Source: a bacterium (GTDB taxonomy: Bacteria > Patescibacteriota > Minisyncoccia > Phycocordibacterales > UBA2100). From it: DNA of 64,000 nt. The stretch spans positions 6,625 through 70,624 of the forward strand of contig JAUSGQ010000029.1 of NCBI GenBank assembly GCA_030674455.1, given 5' to 3'. Below are positions 9,810 through 20,600 of the stretch, in pieces. A program made the position numbers and the translations under genes. A model generated the notes under the pieces. That model searched no databases. It was not told the DNA's origin and saw only the letters and a list, made by a program, of their open reading frames with translations. Each line of letters begins with the position of its first letter. The stretch's first letter is position 1.

Positions 9810-10586
9810 TTAGTCAGAACAGGAGGCGAGGATTTTGTTGATTGCCGCGGCGGCTTCGTGCGGGCCTTTTACTTCCATCGTTTGTATGCCGGTTGGGATT
9901 ACGACGGCGTCGTTGCCTCCGGGCGAGAGATCGTCGCCGACAAAAATCATTTGAGCCGGTTCTACTCCGAGGCGTTTCGCCAGCCATTTCACGCCATGCG
10001 CTTTATCAATTTCCCGCGCTGTGATATCAATCGCAGTTCTTCCAGAAATACGGATATCAAGCCCTGTCAGTTTTTGGTCAAGAAAATCTTTGAGTTTCTT
10101 GCGCTTCGCGCGGTCGGTGTCCCACGCGGCCTTCATTTCGGATGAGGCATCCACTCCTAGCCCAGCGAATGTGACTTGCGAATCGCCTGCAAGAAATAAA
10201 CTGCCCCAGCGCGGAGCGCCTTTTAGCACCTCTGTATCTTCGATTGCTTCGTTGAACACTCGCATGATACTTTCGTACTCTTCTTTGGTGAAAGAGAATT
10301 TATAAGCGCTCCTCCATGTGCCGCTTTCAAAAATGAAGCATTGCGCGGCGGTATTGGGGAATAAATACAGGCGGCTTAAATCGGCCTTGCCCAGCGCGGG
10401 CAACAGGTCTTTTTCCATTCTAGCGAAACTCGCGCCCGACATGATGGCGACCGGAGCACGCTTGAGAAGTTCGCACAATCCTGTTGCGACCTCTTGTGAG
10501 GGCGGCTTAAAGCTTTCCGCAATCGTGTTGTCGAGATCGAAGATAACAGCGCGCGGAAATTTTGTAATTCTAGAATCGGCGTTCAT
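9810..10586 (-). CDS. HAD-superfamily hydrolase, subfamily IIB-like (phosphatase or phosphomannomutase-like)
   Basis: 'VIFDLDNTIA' motif I and C-terminal 'FVGDDLSPGGNDAVV'. Start codon overlaps the dedA-family stop (ATGA overlap). Paralog of 29548..30288. Confidence 0.7.
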   Translation of the reverse strand: MNADSRITKFPRAVIFDLDNTIAESFKPPSQEVATGLCELLKRAPVAIMSGASFARMEKDLLPALGKADLSRLYLFPNTAAQCFIFESGTWRSAYKFSFTKEEYESIMRVFNEAIEDTEVLKGAPRWGSLFLAGDSQVTFAGLGVDASSEMKAAWDTDRAKRKKLKDFLDQKLTGLDIRISGRTAIDITAREIDKAHGVKWLAKRLGVEPAQMIFVGDDLSPGGNDAVVIPTGIQTMEVKGPHEAAAAINKILASCSD

Positions 10587-11209
10587 ACGGCTGTATCCTC
10601 GGTTTTCTTCGCGTAATGCTTGTACCATTCTTTAAGGAGCGGGATGAAAGAAGTGATTATGATTACGAGAATAATCGGTGTGATGTAATGGTCAACTTGC
10701 GGAAATGTTTGCCCGAGGAAATATCCCGAAAATGTAATTCCCGCTCCCCACAGAATTCCTCCGGCGATGTTGTATGTCAAGAACGTCCGGTAACGCATTC
10801 CGGCAACGCCTGCAAGTATCGGAGCGAACGTTCGGACAATCGGTACGAAACGGGCCAAAACGATGGCAAGCACGCCGTGCTTTTCATAAAACGCACGCGT
10901 TTTCTCTACGTGAGATTTGCGGAAAAAACGAGAATCCTCGCGCTTAAAAAGCGCCGGCCCGACTTTTGTGCCGAACCAGTAACCCGTACTGTCGCCCAAA
11001 ATTGCCGCAAACGTGATTAAGGGAAGCAGAACCCATACATTGAAAATGCCGTGCGAAGCCAGAAGTCCGGCAGTAAATAGCATGCTGGAGCCCGGAAGAA
11101 AGAACATGAAGAAAATTCCGGTTTCGGCAAAGACTGCCGCGAACAAGCCGGGGTATCCAACAGCACGCACGAAAGTTTCTATGTTGCCCAGATCGGGAAT
11201 ATACGCCAT
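10583..11209 (-). CDS. DedA/VTT-family membrane protein
   Basis: 'FLPGSSMLFTAGLLA...GDSTGYWFG...LARFVPIVRTFAPILAGVAGM' are typical DedA motifs. Confidence 0.85.
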   Translation of the reverse strand: MAYIPDLGNIETFVRAVGYPGLFAAVFAETGIFFMFFLPGSSMLFTAGLLASHGIFNVWVLLPLITFAAILGDSTGYWFGTKVGPALFKREDSRFFRKSHVEKTRAFYEKHGVLAIVLARFVPIVRTFAPILAGVAGMRYRTFLTYNIAGGILWGAGITFSGYFLGQTFPQVDHYITPIILVIIITSFIPLLKEWYKHYAKKTEDTAV

Positions 11210-11228
11210 TTTCGGAATTATAGACTGC

Positions 11229-11352
11229 TAATTTGCAAATCCCAATTTGCAATTTGCAAACAAAATACCAAACCACAATTTCTCAGGCTCGGTTCGTTTG
11301 AGTTTTGTATTTTAGGATTTCTTTGCAAATTGATTTTTGATGCTTGCAAATT
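11229..11352. repeat. About 125-bp intergenic element rich in 'ttgcaaat' repeats; copy 1 of 2
   Basis: Shares 'aatttgcaaa.cccaatttgcaatttgcaaa' and 'gatttctttgcaaattgatttttg..gcttgcaaattc' with 37993-38113. Confidence 0.8.
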
Positions 11353-11364
11353 CGGATTCCCGCA

Positions 11365-12633
11365 TTACACGAACGAATTCGGAATAGGGAACTTTTTGCA
11401 CAAAGTGCGTATTTCTTCGCGGATTTTTTTCTGCGCTTTCGGTTCTGCGCGCTTTTCCAAAGCGTCTACCATGAGTTCCGCGACGCGCGAGCACTCTTTC
11501 TCTTTGAACTTGCGCGTGGTTATCGCGGGTGAGCCGAAGCGGATGCCCGAGGGGTCCATCGGTCCGCGCTTGTCGTCGGCAATCGCATTCTTGTTGAGGG
11601 TTATGCCAACTTCATCAAGAAGATGTTCGGCTTCTTTTCCGGATATTCCGAGCGATGTAAACACGTCGGCAAGAACGAGGTGGTTGTCTGTCCCTCCCGT
11701 CAAAAGGCGGATGTTCCGCTCCTTAAATACTTCTGCCATTGCGCGCGCATTCTTGATGATCTGCGCAGCGTATTTCCTAAATGAGGGGTGAAGCGCCTCT
11801 TTGAACGCGACGGCCTTTCCAGCGATGTTGTTCATGTGCGGGCCGCCTTGGAGGCCGGGGAATACCATCTTGTCGATTTTCTTTGCGATTTCTTCGCTCT
11901 CGCGCGTGAGTATCATTCCTCCTCGCGGACCTCGCAGAGTTTTGTGCGTGGTCGTAGTCATAACGTCGAATCCATAATCAAAAGGATTCTTCGCGGCTTT
12001 GCCCGCAATAAGTCCTGCGATGTGCGCGATGTCGATAACGGAATATGCTCCGACTTCGCGCGCAATCGAAACAAACTTTGCATAATCGAGTTCCCGCGGA
12101 TATGCGGAGAAACCGGCCAAGACGATTTTCGGCTTGTTCGCGATGGCGACTTTGCGCATCGCATCGTAATCAATTTCGCCTGTGTCCGGGTCCTTCATCT
12201 TGTAACGCACGAAGTTAAAGATTTTAGTGATGTAGGTGACGGGATGTCCGTGCGTGAGGTGGCCGCCGTGCGAGAGGTCCATGCCGAGCACCGTGTCGCC
12301 CGGCTGAAGGAGGGCGAAGTAGGTTGCGATGTTGGCATTAGCGCCGCCGAGCGGTTGCACATTTGAGTATTTTGCGCCGAAAAGTTTCTTTGAGCGCTCC
12401 ATCGCCAGATTCTCAACCATCTCACAGTACTTCTGACCGCCGTAGTATTTTTTACCGGGATACCCTTCGGAATATTTGTTCGTAAGGACAGAACTGTTCG
12501 CTTCGCGCACCGCTTTTGAGACATAATTTTCCGAAGGTATAAGTTCAATGCCTTCTGCCTCTCGTTTTTCCTCACCGATAACAGCTTCGTAAACCTGCTT
12601 ATCCTGCTTTCGTATGAATTCGTAGTCTTTCAC
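11365..12633 (-). CDS. glyA: Serine hydroxymethyltransferase
   Basis: 'GIELIPSENYVSKAV...TTTTHKTLRGPRGG' conserved SHMT motifs. Confidence 0.9.
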   Translation of the reverse strand: MKDYEFIRKQDKQVYEAVIGEEKREAEGIELIPSENYVSKAVREANSSVLTNKYSEGYPGKKYYGGQKYCEMVENLAMERSKKLFGAKYSNVQPLGGANANIATYFALLQPGDTVLGMDLSHGGHLTHGHPVTYITKIFNFVRYKMKDPDTGEIDYDAMRKVAIANKPKIVLAGFSAYPRELDYAKFVSIAREVGAYSVIDIAHIAGLIAGKAAKNPFDYGFDVMTTTTHKTLRGPRGGMILTRESEEIAKKIDKMVFPGLQGGPHMNNIAGKAVAFKEALHPSFRKYAAQIIKNARAMAEVFKERNIRLLTGGTDNHLVLADVFTSLGISGKEAEHLLDEVGITLNKNAIADDKRGPMDPSGIRFGSPAITTRKFKEKECSRVAELMVDALEKRAEPKAQKKIREEIRTLCKKFPIPNSFV

Positions 12634-12680
12634 AAAAGTGTTGTTATATGAATAATTTAGTGCCTGCAGGATACCATATT

Positions 12681-13658
12681 TTATCCTGGTTTGTTTTCGA
12701 GACTTCGGAAGCCAGCCACGGTGAGTTCGGCTTTGATTGGAGGATGTGGATTGTATCCTTCGAGCGAGACATGTTCGGGGCGGAATGTATCCAGACTTGT
12801 GACCGCGTCGCCGATTTTGACCGAAGGGAAGGATTTTGGCTCGCGCTCCAACTGCTCCCGAATTGCACTCTCATGGTCTTCATAAAAATGCACGTCGCCG
12901 AAGGTATGAACGAACTCGCCGACCTCTCGCCCTAATATTTTTGCCACGACATGCGCGAGCAAAGCGTAACTTGCGATATTGAACGGAACGCCGAGGAAAA
13001 TATCCGCGCTGCGCTGGTACAGTTGAAGCGATACTTTTTCGTGCTTTATGTTCATCTGATACATGTTGTGGCATATTGGAAAGTGATTCGCTTCCTCGGG
13101 CTTCGCCATCGTGTACAAATATTCCGGATTCCATGATGTCACGATAGCGTTGTGGCAGCTTGGGTCGTTGTGCAGTTCTTCTATCGCCCACGCGAGCTGA
13201 TCAATAGCGCGTCCGTCTTTCGCAGGCCAGCGGCGCCACATGTCGCCGTAAATATTCTTGAGCGCGCCATGTTCCTCGGCGAACTTAGCATCAGTTTTGA
13301 TTTTTGAGACGAACTCTTCCTTGGTCATTTCCGGCTGCCCATTCTTCTTCGCGCGTTCATTGTATGTTCGATACGGGTAGTCGTCCCAGATATGCACGTT
13401 GTTATCGACGAGGTACTTTATGTTGTTTTGCCCCGACATGAACCAGTAGAGTTCATGCAAGACGCCGTTCCAGTAGACTTTTTTAGTTGTTAGCAGTGGA
13501 AACCCCTTCGACAAGTCGAATCGAATTTGCCGCCCGAATGCGCCTATGGTCGCTTTCCCGTGCCCGGCGTCGACCTGCCGGTCTCCGCTTTCGAGAAGTT
13601 CCCGCATCAGGTCAAGGTACTGTTGTTCGGGATGGGGCATATGTAAGGCAGAAGGCAA
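12681..13658 (-). CDS. thyA: Thymidylate synthase (ThyA type)
   Basis: 'PHPEQQYLDLMRELLESG...FPLLTTKKV' typical ThyA N-terminus. True start probably MPHPEQQ at about 13640. Confidence 0.9.
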   Translation of the reverse strand: MPSALHMPHPEQQYLDLMRELLESGDRQVDAGHGKATIGAFGRQIRFDLSKGFPLLTTKKVYWNGVLHELYWFMSGQNNIKYLVDNNVHIWDDYPYRTYNERAKKNGQPEMTKEEFVSKIKTDAKFAEEHGALKNIYGDMWRRWPAKDGRAIDQLAWAIEELHNDPSCHNAIVTSWNPEYLYTMAKPEEANHFPICHNMYQMNIKHEKVSLQLYQRSADIFLGVPFNIASYALLAHVVAKILGREVGEFVHTFGDVHFYEDHESAIREQLEREPKSFPSVKIGDAVTSLDTFRPEHVSLEGYNPHPPIKAELTVAGFRSLENKPG

Positions 13659-13664
13659 TAGGCA

Positions 13665-14291
13665 TTAGTATTTCTTCTGCGTAATTCTGCGTCCGTTCAG
13701 CGATGGGCCGATAGGTTTGGTATCGGCACCTGTAGACGGTCTGCGTCGTGTCGCTTTTTGCGACACGAAGTGATTCCAATTGTCTTTAGCAAAACGGCCG
13801 GTTTTTTTATAATTCTGTTTCGGCGGAGAGGATATTGTTGAAAAAGTTATCTGCGCTATCTCCATACCGGGGCGCAAAATTATCGGAATGTTGTTCTGGT
13901 TGGTGATTTCAAAAGTGATGTTCAAAAAGTGACCCGGGTTTATTATGCCCGCCGTGTTGTGTATCATCAGCCCGACGCGGGCGAGGGATGACTTGCCACC
14001 TACCTGTATAAGGTAGTGGTCGGAGCCGAAAAATTCTTTAGAAATTCCGAGGACAGAAACTCCGGGGTGAAGCACAAATTCTTTCCCGTCTTTTATATTG
14101 ATTTCGCGCGTTTTTGCATAAATCTTTTTAACAGGGTCAACAAACTGCGAATTGTTCTCATCGTTGACGATGAATTTGTTCCCGAGCAGGATGTCGTACG
14201 AAACCGGCTGGAGCCGCGTTTCCTGGAATGGCTTGATGATAATCTCGCCGCTTTTTACCGCTTTCTTTATATCGACGTCTGACAAAAACAT
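13665..14291 (-). CDS. dcd: dCTP deaminase
   Basis: 'MFLSDVDIKKAVKSGEIIIKPF...VSYDILLG' dCTP deaminase/dUTPase fold start. Confidence 0.8.
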   Translation of the reverse strand: MFLSDVDIKKAVKSGEIIIKPFQETRLQPVSYDILLGNKFIVNDENNSQFVDPVKKIYAKTREINIKDGKEFVLHPGVSVLGISKEFFGSDHYLIQVGGKSSLARVGLMIHNTAGIINPGHFLNITFEITNQNNIPIILRPGMEIAQITFSTISSPPKQNYKKTGRFAKDNWNHFVSQKATRRRPSTGADTKPIGPSLNGRRITQKKY

Positions 14292-14420
14292 AATCTAATT
14301 ATAGTGACTTTCGGATATGGATGCAGTTCGAGGCGCGAACGAGGAGCGTACCGAACTGTATGAATAATACAGTAAGGGAGAATCGGAGTTCGCAACGAAG
14401 AAATGCGCCATATCCGAAAG

Positions 14421-15095
14421 TCACTCTATCACAAATATGCGTTCTGTTCCGTAGTATTCTTGCCAGTTAGCGTTATAGAAAGCAAACATGCGCTCCAAGC
14501 GGCTTTGGGGTAATTCCTTTACGCCAAGCTCTTGCATGAGGGTGCGAACTTGCGCTTCGGCGGACGAGAGCTCGACCTTATCGCTTACGACGCGCTCGAA
14601 TTCGGCAAGCCAGCCGTAGCCCGCATTTTTGTCGAGCGTTACGTTGACGCCTTTGCAAATATACTCCTCGCGCTCGCGCGACCACTTCGCCTGATACTTG
14701 AATCCGGCGGAAAGGACGAGTGCGTCCAGTTCAGCGAGAGTCATGGAAACCTTCTCCTCGAATTCCATGCGTGCGATTCCATTGGCGCTCGTGTCGTCTC
14801 CAACCGAGGCTTTGACGACGAGAAGTACTGTTCCATCCTTATCACGCGTACGCACCGAGAAATTCTTGGCACGACCGACAAGATCGGAAAGTCGCCCCGA
14901 AATTTCCGCAGGAAATTTCGGGGCAGTAATCTCAACAAGTTTCTCCAAATCGCCGCTTTCAAAATAATGATTCAACTGTTTGTTCCGTGATGTAAGAGTG
15001 CATCCAGAATTCGCTTTTTTTAGCGCTTCGCGGACTTGGTCTGCGCGTTCCTTATCGCCAAGCAAAGATTTTACTTCCACCTCGTATGAATGCAT
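14421..15095 (-). CDS. CYTH-domain protein (class IV adenylyl cyclase / triphosphate-tunnel metalloenzyme-like)
   Basis: N-terminal 'YEVEVKSLL' resembles the CYTH ExExK motif. Assignment is moderate. Confidence 0.45.
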   Translation of the reverse strand: MHSYEVEVKSLLGDKERADQVREALKKANSGCTLTSRNKQLNHYFESGDLEKLVEITAPKFPAEISGRLSDLVGRAKNFSVRTRDKDGTVLLVVKASVGDDTSANGIARMEFEEKVSMTLAELDALVLSAGFKYQAKWSREREEYICKGVNVTLDKNAGYGWLAEFERVVSDKVELSSAEAQVRTLMQELGVKELPQSRLERMFAFYNANWQEYYGTERIFVIE

Positions 15096-15124
15096 TAGGG
15101 CATTATATCCGTTATAGTAGAGAT

Positions 15125-15787
15125 ATGAAAAAGCATGTTATGGCAATAACTGGTGTAGCGGTTGTTTTTGTTCTCTTTGTGCTGGTCAGAAATTATTCCG
15201 GAATTCATCCAGATTTGCAGCCTACTTTACCAGGTTTGTTGTTGGTTGGAAATTATGAAGGAGCTCGCCCAGTTTTACAACCTTCCATGCCTTTTCCTTC
15301 ACTACCCCCATTACCGTCTTCTCAAGCCGGACATGATTATGGTCCTAGACGACCAACTTATCCTGCGGATGTCCCACTAGGTGTAATGCCCGAGATAGGC
15401 TACACACATAGATATAATACCTTTCGCCCACTTGAAGAGAATGTTGGTGGAACGGAGATTCATTCAGCAAAAATTCTCAACGCACTTCTTGTCTCTATCA
15501 GATATTCTTCCGTCTCGCACAACATTCGCGCCTTTGAATATGGCGAACTCATATACGCTGAAGTCGGGCCAAAAGATGGGGGAGGATGGCAAAACGTATT
15601 TAAGAAAGAAAACGGTGGGTATAGACCCATATTACAGACTCAAGGTAGTGCCTCGTGTGTTCTCTATACAAAATTCAACGCCCCGGTTGGATTGATGTGT
15701 AGATTTGGCGGCGAATGTCTTCTGGTTTCGACCACGACACATCGTTATACAATTAAAAGTTTCCCAGAATGTTGGACGTATAAATAA
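15125..15787 (+). CDS. Hypothetical membrane-anchored protein
   Basis: ORF with N-terminal TM helix (MKKHVMAITGVAVVFVLFVLV) and Pro-rich linker. No recognised domain. Confidence 0.4.
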   Translation: MKKHVMAITGVAVVFVLFVLVRNYSGIHPDLQPTLPGLLLVGNYEGARPVLQPSMPFPSLPPLPSSQAGHDYGPRRPTYPADVPLGVMPEIGYTHRYNTFRPLEENVGGTEIHSAKILNALLVSIRYSSVSHNIRAFEYGELIYAEVGPKDGGGWQNVFKKENGGYRPILQTQGSASCVLYTKFNAPVGLMCRFGGECLLVSTTTHRYTIKSFPECWTYK

Positions 15788-15858
15788 ATGACACCTTTAA
15801 GATTTCACCTCGGATCATTCTCATATTCGTAGAGTTAAATAGATGTTATATTTTCACA

Positions 15859-16431
15859 ATGAAAAAGCCCCTAATCACTGAGGTGGTAGCAATCGGGAGA
15901 AATCGGGAGCTTGGCAAGAACGATAAACTTCTGTGGCATATTCCCGATGACCTAAAACGCTTCAAGCGTCTGACTTTGGGGCATCCGATAATCATGGGAA
16001 GAAAGACGTTCGAATCAATAGTCGGGTACATCGGAGAACCGCTTCCGGGGCGCACGAACATAATAGTTACTCGCCAGACAAGCAAGTTCATCGCGGACAA
16101 TCCTTATTTGCTTATTCGCGCGAATAAGCAAATAGTTGGGAATACCAATTTATCTGCGCAGGATGGAGTGATTGTCGTTAGTTCCATCGAGGAGGGGATT
16201 GAAAAGGCGCGAGAGGAAAATCCGAAAGAAATTCACATCGGAGGCGGCGCGGAGATTTACGAACAAGCGCTTCCATATATAGACAAACTGCAGCTGACAA
16301 TAATCGACGACGAAAAACCAGCGGACACGTTTTTCCCGCCCTACGAACACATATTTACAAAAAAGGTTTTTGAGGAGTCGCGCGAGTGGAACGGCATCAA
16401 ATACAAGTGGATAGATTTAGAGCGCGATTGA
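15859..16431 (+). CDS. folA: Dihydrofolate reductase, with an extra ~20 aa relative to canonical DHFR that coincides with a 30-nt palindromic element
   Basis: 'LLWHIPDDLKRFKRLTLGHPIIMGRKTFESI...LPGRTNIIVTR' and 'IHIGGGAEIYEQALP' DHFR motifs. The insert 'NPYLLIRANKQIVGN' is encoded by palindrome 16105-16134. Confidence 0.85.
   Translation: MKKPLITEVVAIGRNRELGKNDKLLWHIPDDLKRFKRLTLGHPIIMGRKTFESIVGYIGEPLPGRTNIIVTRQTSKFIADNPYLLIRANKQIVGNTNLSAQDGVIVVSSIEEGIEKAREENPKEIHIGGGAEIYEQALPYIDKLQLTIIDDEKPADTFFPPYEHIFTKKVFEESREWNGIKYKWIDLERD
16105..16134. repeat. 30-nt perfect palindrome tatttgcttattcgcgcgaataagcaaata, in-frame within folA
   Basis: Core ttgcttattcgcgcgaataagcaa is shared with palindromes at 27159-27194 and 27504-27539. 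Confidence 0.9.
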
Positions 16432-16466
16432 GGCGCCAGCTATACCTTCTCCAATTAACCTTTCGT

Positions 16467-16572
16467 CATTGCGAGGAATGAGGAGGAACGACGACTTACG
16501 AAGCAATCCAGGGTATCAGAATCAGAACTCCTGGATTGCTTCCCGCCACGCTATGCTCGCGGTCGCAATGAC
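16467..16572 (+). ncRNA. Repeated structured intergenic element (nested stems gtcattgcga/tcgcaatgac and aagcaatccagg/cctggattgctt); copy 1 of 2; function unknown
   Basis: 75-nt core gaagcaat.cagggtat...agaactcctggattgcttcccgccacgctatgctcgcggtcgcaatgac repeated at 49973-50050. A C-to-T change gives a G-U wobble on the + strand. Confidence 0.35.
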
Positions 16573-16607
16573 AGGTAATAATTAGACATACGATGTCTAA
16601 CTTTGAT

Positions 16608-17651
16608 TTAGCGGTTTAGGCTTTTGAGCACTTTCAGATACAGTTTCTCGACGATTTCCTCTTGCGCTTTGCCCGTCTTTACATAATGGTCGAGGCCGGG
16701 CGCTGCGTTAATCTCCAGAATCCAGTAGTTCTTTGGCGGGTCAGAAATTATACCGTTTATCATCAGGTCTACGCCGCAGAGCCGGAGGCCCATGTCGCGG
16801 GTCAGCTTCACCGCGATCTTCTTGAACGCGGGATGAATCGTTGATGTAACGTCTACCGAATCCCCGCCAGTCGAGAGGTTTGCGTTATCTAAGAGAAAGA
16901 TTTGTTGGCCTTTTTTGGGAATCGAGCGCAAGCTCAATTTCTGACTCTTCAGCTTATTTGCTATGCGCGGGTCTTTGAATTTGATACGAGTGTCACGTTT
17001 CAATGCGTCAAAGGAGTGCTGCTTCTTTTTTAGCAATTGCAGAATTGTTGCCTTTCCATCGCCAACGACATTGAGCGGTATCCGTTCGTAGGCCGAAATG
17101 ATTGTCTTATCAAGAACAACGATGCGGTAATCCCGCCCGCTCACGGGTTTTTGCACGATGGCCACTTTGTCATTTCGGAATATGAGCTTCATCGCGCGAA
17201 AAAACTCGCGCTGATTGTGGACAAGGGCGACACCAACTCCTTGGCTGCCGCTATTTGGTTTTACGATAACCGGGAACCCAATCTTTTTTGCGTAACTCAA
17301 AGCCGCTTTTATGTCGCGTCGCGAGCCGATTGCCTCGCACCATTCTTGCGAAAAGAAAGTCTTGCCGCGCACTGCCGGATATCCCATGTGGCGCATGAAA
17401 AATGCCGCGTAATCTTTGTCCTTGGAAATATCCGAGGCGCCGACGGGGTTTAAATCAAGCGTATTGTAACGAAAGTATCTGTTATGGCCATCCTTGCCTG
17501 CCCGGCCAGGGCCTACCCGGCCAGGGTAGCGGATTTGGCCGGCGATTCTCCATTCCGGTTCTAGCACTACGCGCGCGCCAACTCTTGGCGCAAGGCGCTT
17601 CAGTATATTTGCAAGGATTAAATGTTCAGATTTGTACTTCACGCAGCGCAT
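16608..17651 (-). CDS. ATP-grasp family ligase (RimK / cyanophycin-synthetase-like)
   Basis: 'GFPVIVKPNSGSQGVGVALV...YRIVVLD...YWILEINAAPGLDHY' ATP-grasp signatures. Confidence 0.6.
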   Translation of the reverse strand: MRCVKYKSEHLILANILKRLAPRVGARVVLEPEWRIAGQIRYPGRVGPGRAGKDGHNRYFRYNTLDLNPVGASDISKDKDYAAFFMRHMGYPAVRGKTFFSQEWCEAIGSRRDIKAALSYAKKIGFPVIVKPNSGSQGVGVALVHNQREFFRAMKLIFRNDKVAIVQKPVSGRDYRIVVLDKTIISAYERIPLNVVGDGKATILQLLKKKQHSFDALKRDTRIKFKDPRIANKLKSQKLSLRSIPKKGQQIFLLDNANLSTGGDSVDVTSTIHPAFKKIAVKLTRDMGLRLCGVDLMINGIISDPPKNYWILEINAAPGLDHYVKTGKAQEEIVEKLYLKVLKSLNR

Positions 17652-17695
17652 ACTGCCAGAGTTGACCGTCTATTTCAATGGTAGTATGGTGAGGC

Positions 17696-20600
17696 ATGAC
17701 GCATCGGATTTCCGTCACTTCAAACATTCCCGACTCACGCGCACAAAATTACCTCCGCACATTGCGCGAACTTTTTCCTAAAAGCGGCCTCTCGGCCGCC
17801 TCTCTGTTGCAGGTTTACACAATAGACGCCGATTTGTCGGCGAGCGAACTGCGCGAGGCGGCGGAGCGGCTCACGAATCCCATCACGGAGCGTTTTTCAA
17901 CAACACAGATTCCCGCGCCGGATTCATATTCATGCGCGATCGAGATCGGATTCCTCGCCGGCGTTACCGACAACGTGGGCCACACGGCGCGGCAGACGAT
18001 AGAAGATTGCATAGGCAGAGAATTTGCTGAAGGCGAAAGCGTCTATTCTTCCTACATTCTTTTTCTCACGGGCGAGATAACATCGGAGATCGCGCAGAGC
18101 ATGGCTCGCGAGCTCTACAACCCGCTTATTGAGCGTGCGACCGTTTTCTCGGGCGTCCAAAAAGATTTTCCCATTGTAGTACCCAAAGTGAAATTGGCCA
18201 GCTCCGAAGCGTCCGTGGCTGAAGTTAATCTTAATGTGGATGCGGCGGAACTCGAAAAGCTGGGCAAGGAGGGAATCAAGGATTCCTCGGGCGTGCGCCG
18301 CGGGCCACTTTCACTCTCATTGAAACAATTGCAGGTTATACAAAATCATTTCTCAAAGCGTAAACGGAATCCCACTGACATTGAATTGGAATCACTGGCG
18401 CAGACGTGGTCGGAACATTGCAAGCACACGATTTTTGCAGACCCGCTGGATGAAATCAAAGAGGGAATTTATCGAAAATATATAAAGGGAGCGACGGGAA
18501 AAATAAGAAAAGAGAAGGCGAAAAAGCCCGTTAGAGGCACGGCCTCTAACGGGCCAGGGGATTTTTGCGTTTCGGTGTTTACGGATAATTCCGGAGCGAT
18601 CGCATTTGACGATAGATATTTGGTAACTCACAAAGTAGAGACGCACAATTCGCCCTCGGCGCTTGACCCCTTCGGCGGTTCCGTGACGGCTATTGTGGGA
18701 GTAAACCGAGACACGCTTGGGTTCGGGCTCGGCGCAAAACCGATAGTGAATGTATACGGATTTTGCGTTGCTGACCCGAACGATACGACTGCATTGTATC
18801 GGTATTCGGAAAGAAAACAGCCGCTCTTGCCCGCGCGAAGAATTCTTGAAGGAGTGGTTCGAGGGATTAATGCCGGAGGAAATCAGAGCGGAATCCCCAC
18901 GGCTCTCGGATTCCTCGCAGTTGACCCGAGTTATCGCGGCAAGCCCTTAATTTACGGGGGGACCATCGGCCTCATACCCCGTAAAAGCCCTTCGGGCTCA
19001 CGGGGCAGGCCCCGGAAACTATATGAAAAACGTGCTCAAGCAGGAGATTACATCGTTATGGTCGGTGGGCGAGTGGGAGCGGACGGCATTCACGGCGCGA
19101 CGTTTTCCTCCGAATCGCTTTCCAGCGGTTCACCGGCTACAGCAGTACAAATTGGCGACCCCATCACGCAAAAGAAACTCTCGGACGCGATTATCCGCGA
19201 AGCGAGAGACGCCGGATTGTATTCAAGCATTACCGACAACGGAGCGGGAGGGCTTTCCGGTGCTGTTGGTGAAATGGCAAAAGAATCGGGCGGGCCTTCG
19301 CCTCGCCGTAGCGGGCTTCGGCCTCGCGAAGGCGGGTGCATTGTCGACTTGTCGACCGTGCCGCTCAAGTATCCGGGACTCGCGCCATGGCAGATTTGGC
19401 TTTCGGAATCGCAGGAGCGCATGACGCTTGCTGTCCCGAAAAAGAACTGGACAGCTCTCAAAAAGATTTTCGACAGGCACAATGTTGAGGCGACGCGAAT
19501 AGGCACGTTCACGAATTCCGGAAGGTGTATTGTGAAATTTGGAAAGGAAAAAGTCATGGACATGGAAATGTCGTTCTTGCACGACGGCCGTCCCATCGAA
19601 GTTCAGAAAAGCAAAAAGCCCGCGCGCGTGAACAGCGAGCCGCCTGCGGCGGCTCGTTCCAGCGACCTTAGCGAATCGCTTCTCAAGATGCTCGCTCGTC
19701 CGAATATCGGTTCAATATCGTTTATTTCAGAACAGTACGACCACGAAGTGCAGGGCTCATCCGTCACAAAACCACTCGAAGGAAAGGGAAGAGTGAACGC
19801 GGATTCTGCCGTTTTGCAGCCATTGCCCGATACGAACCGCGGCATCGTCTTGGCGCACGGCTATTGCCCGTGGTATTCCGGCATCGACACATACGCGATG
19901 GCGGCGGCATCCATTGATACCGCCATACGCAACGCCGTGTGTGCGGGTGCTTCGCGCGATTACCTGGCAATTCTCGACAACTTCTGCTGGTCCAGCTCGA
20001 ACACGCCGGAGAGATTGTATGAACTCAAAGAATCGGCGCGCGCGTGTTTTGACATAGCGACGGCGTACGGGACGCCGTTCATCTCCGGCAAAGATTCGAT
20101 GTTTAACGATTTTCGCGGATTCACCGAAGACGGCAAAAAAATCCAAATATCCGCACAGCCAACGCTTCTCATCTCCGCTCTCGGCGTCATTCCGGATGTT
20201 ACAAAAGCGATGACGATTGATTTCAAACAAGCAGGCGACTTAATTTATCTTGTTGGAGAAACGAACGATGAACTCGGCGCATCTGAATATTTTGCGATGT
20301 TGGGAGAGGAAAAAGGGAATTTAGTTCCAATTGTTGATGCAAAGAAAAATGCCAGAATCTATGACGCACTCTCTCGCGCCATAAGCGGAAAAGGACATAC
20401 TCACATACTTGAGAATGTAAGGATGTTTGGCTGCGTGGCGTCGGCGATTAGCCTGGGGCGGGGAGGGCTTGGCGTAGCGCTCGCAAAGAGTTGTGTTGCC
20501 GGACAGCTTGGAGCGAGCGTCAATTTGAAGAATATACCGGGCGACGCAAAACAAGACGATTCCATTTTGTTTTCTGAAAGCCAGGGCAGGGTTTTAGTTT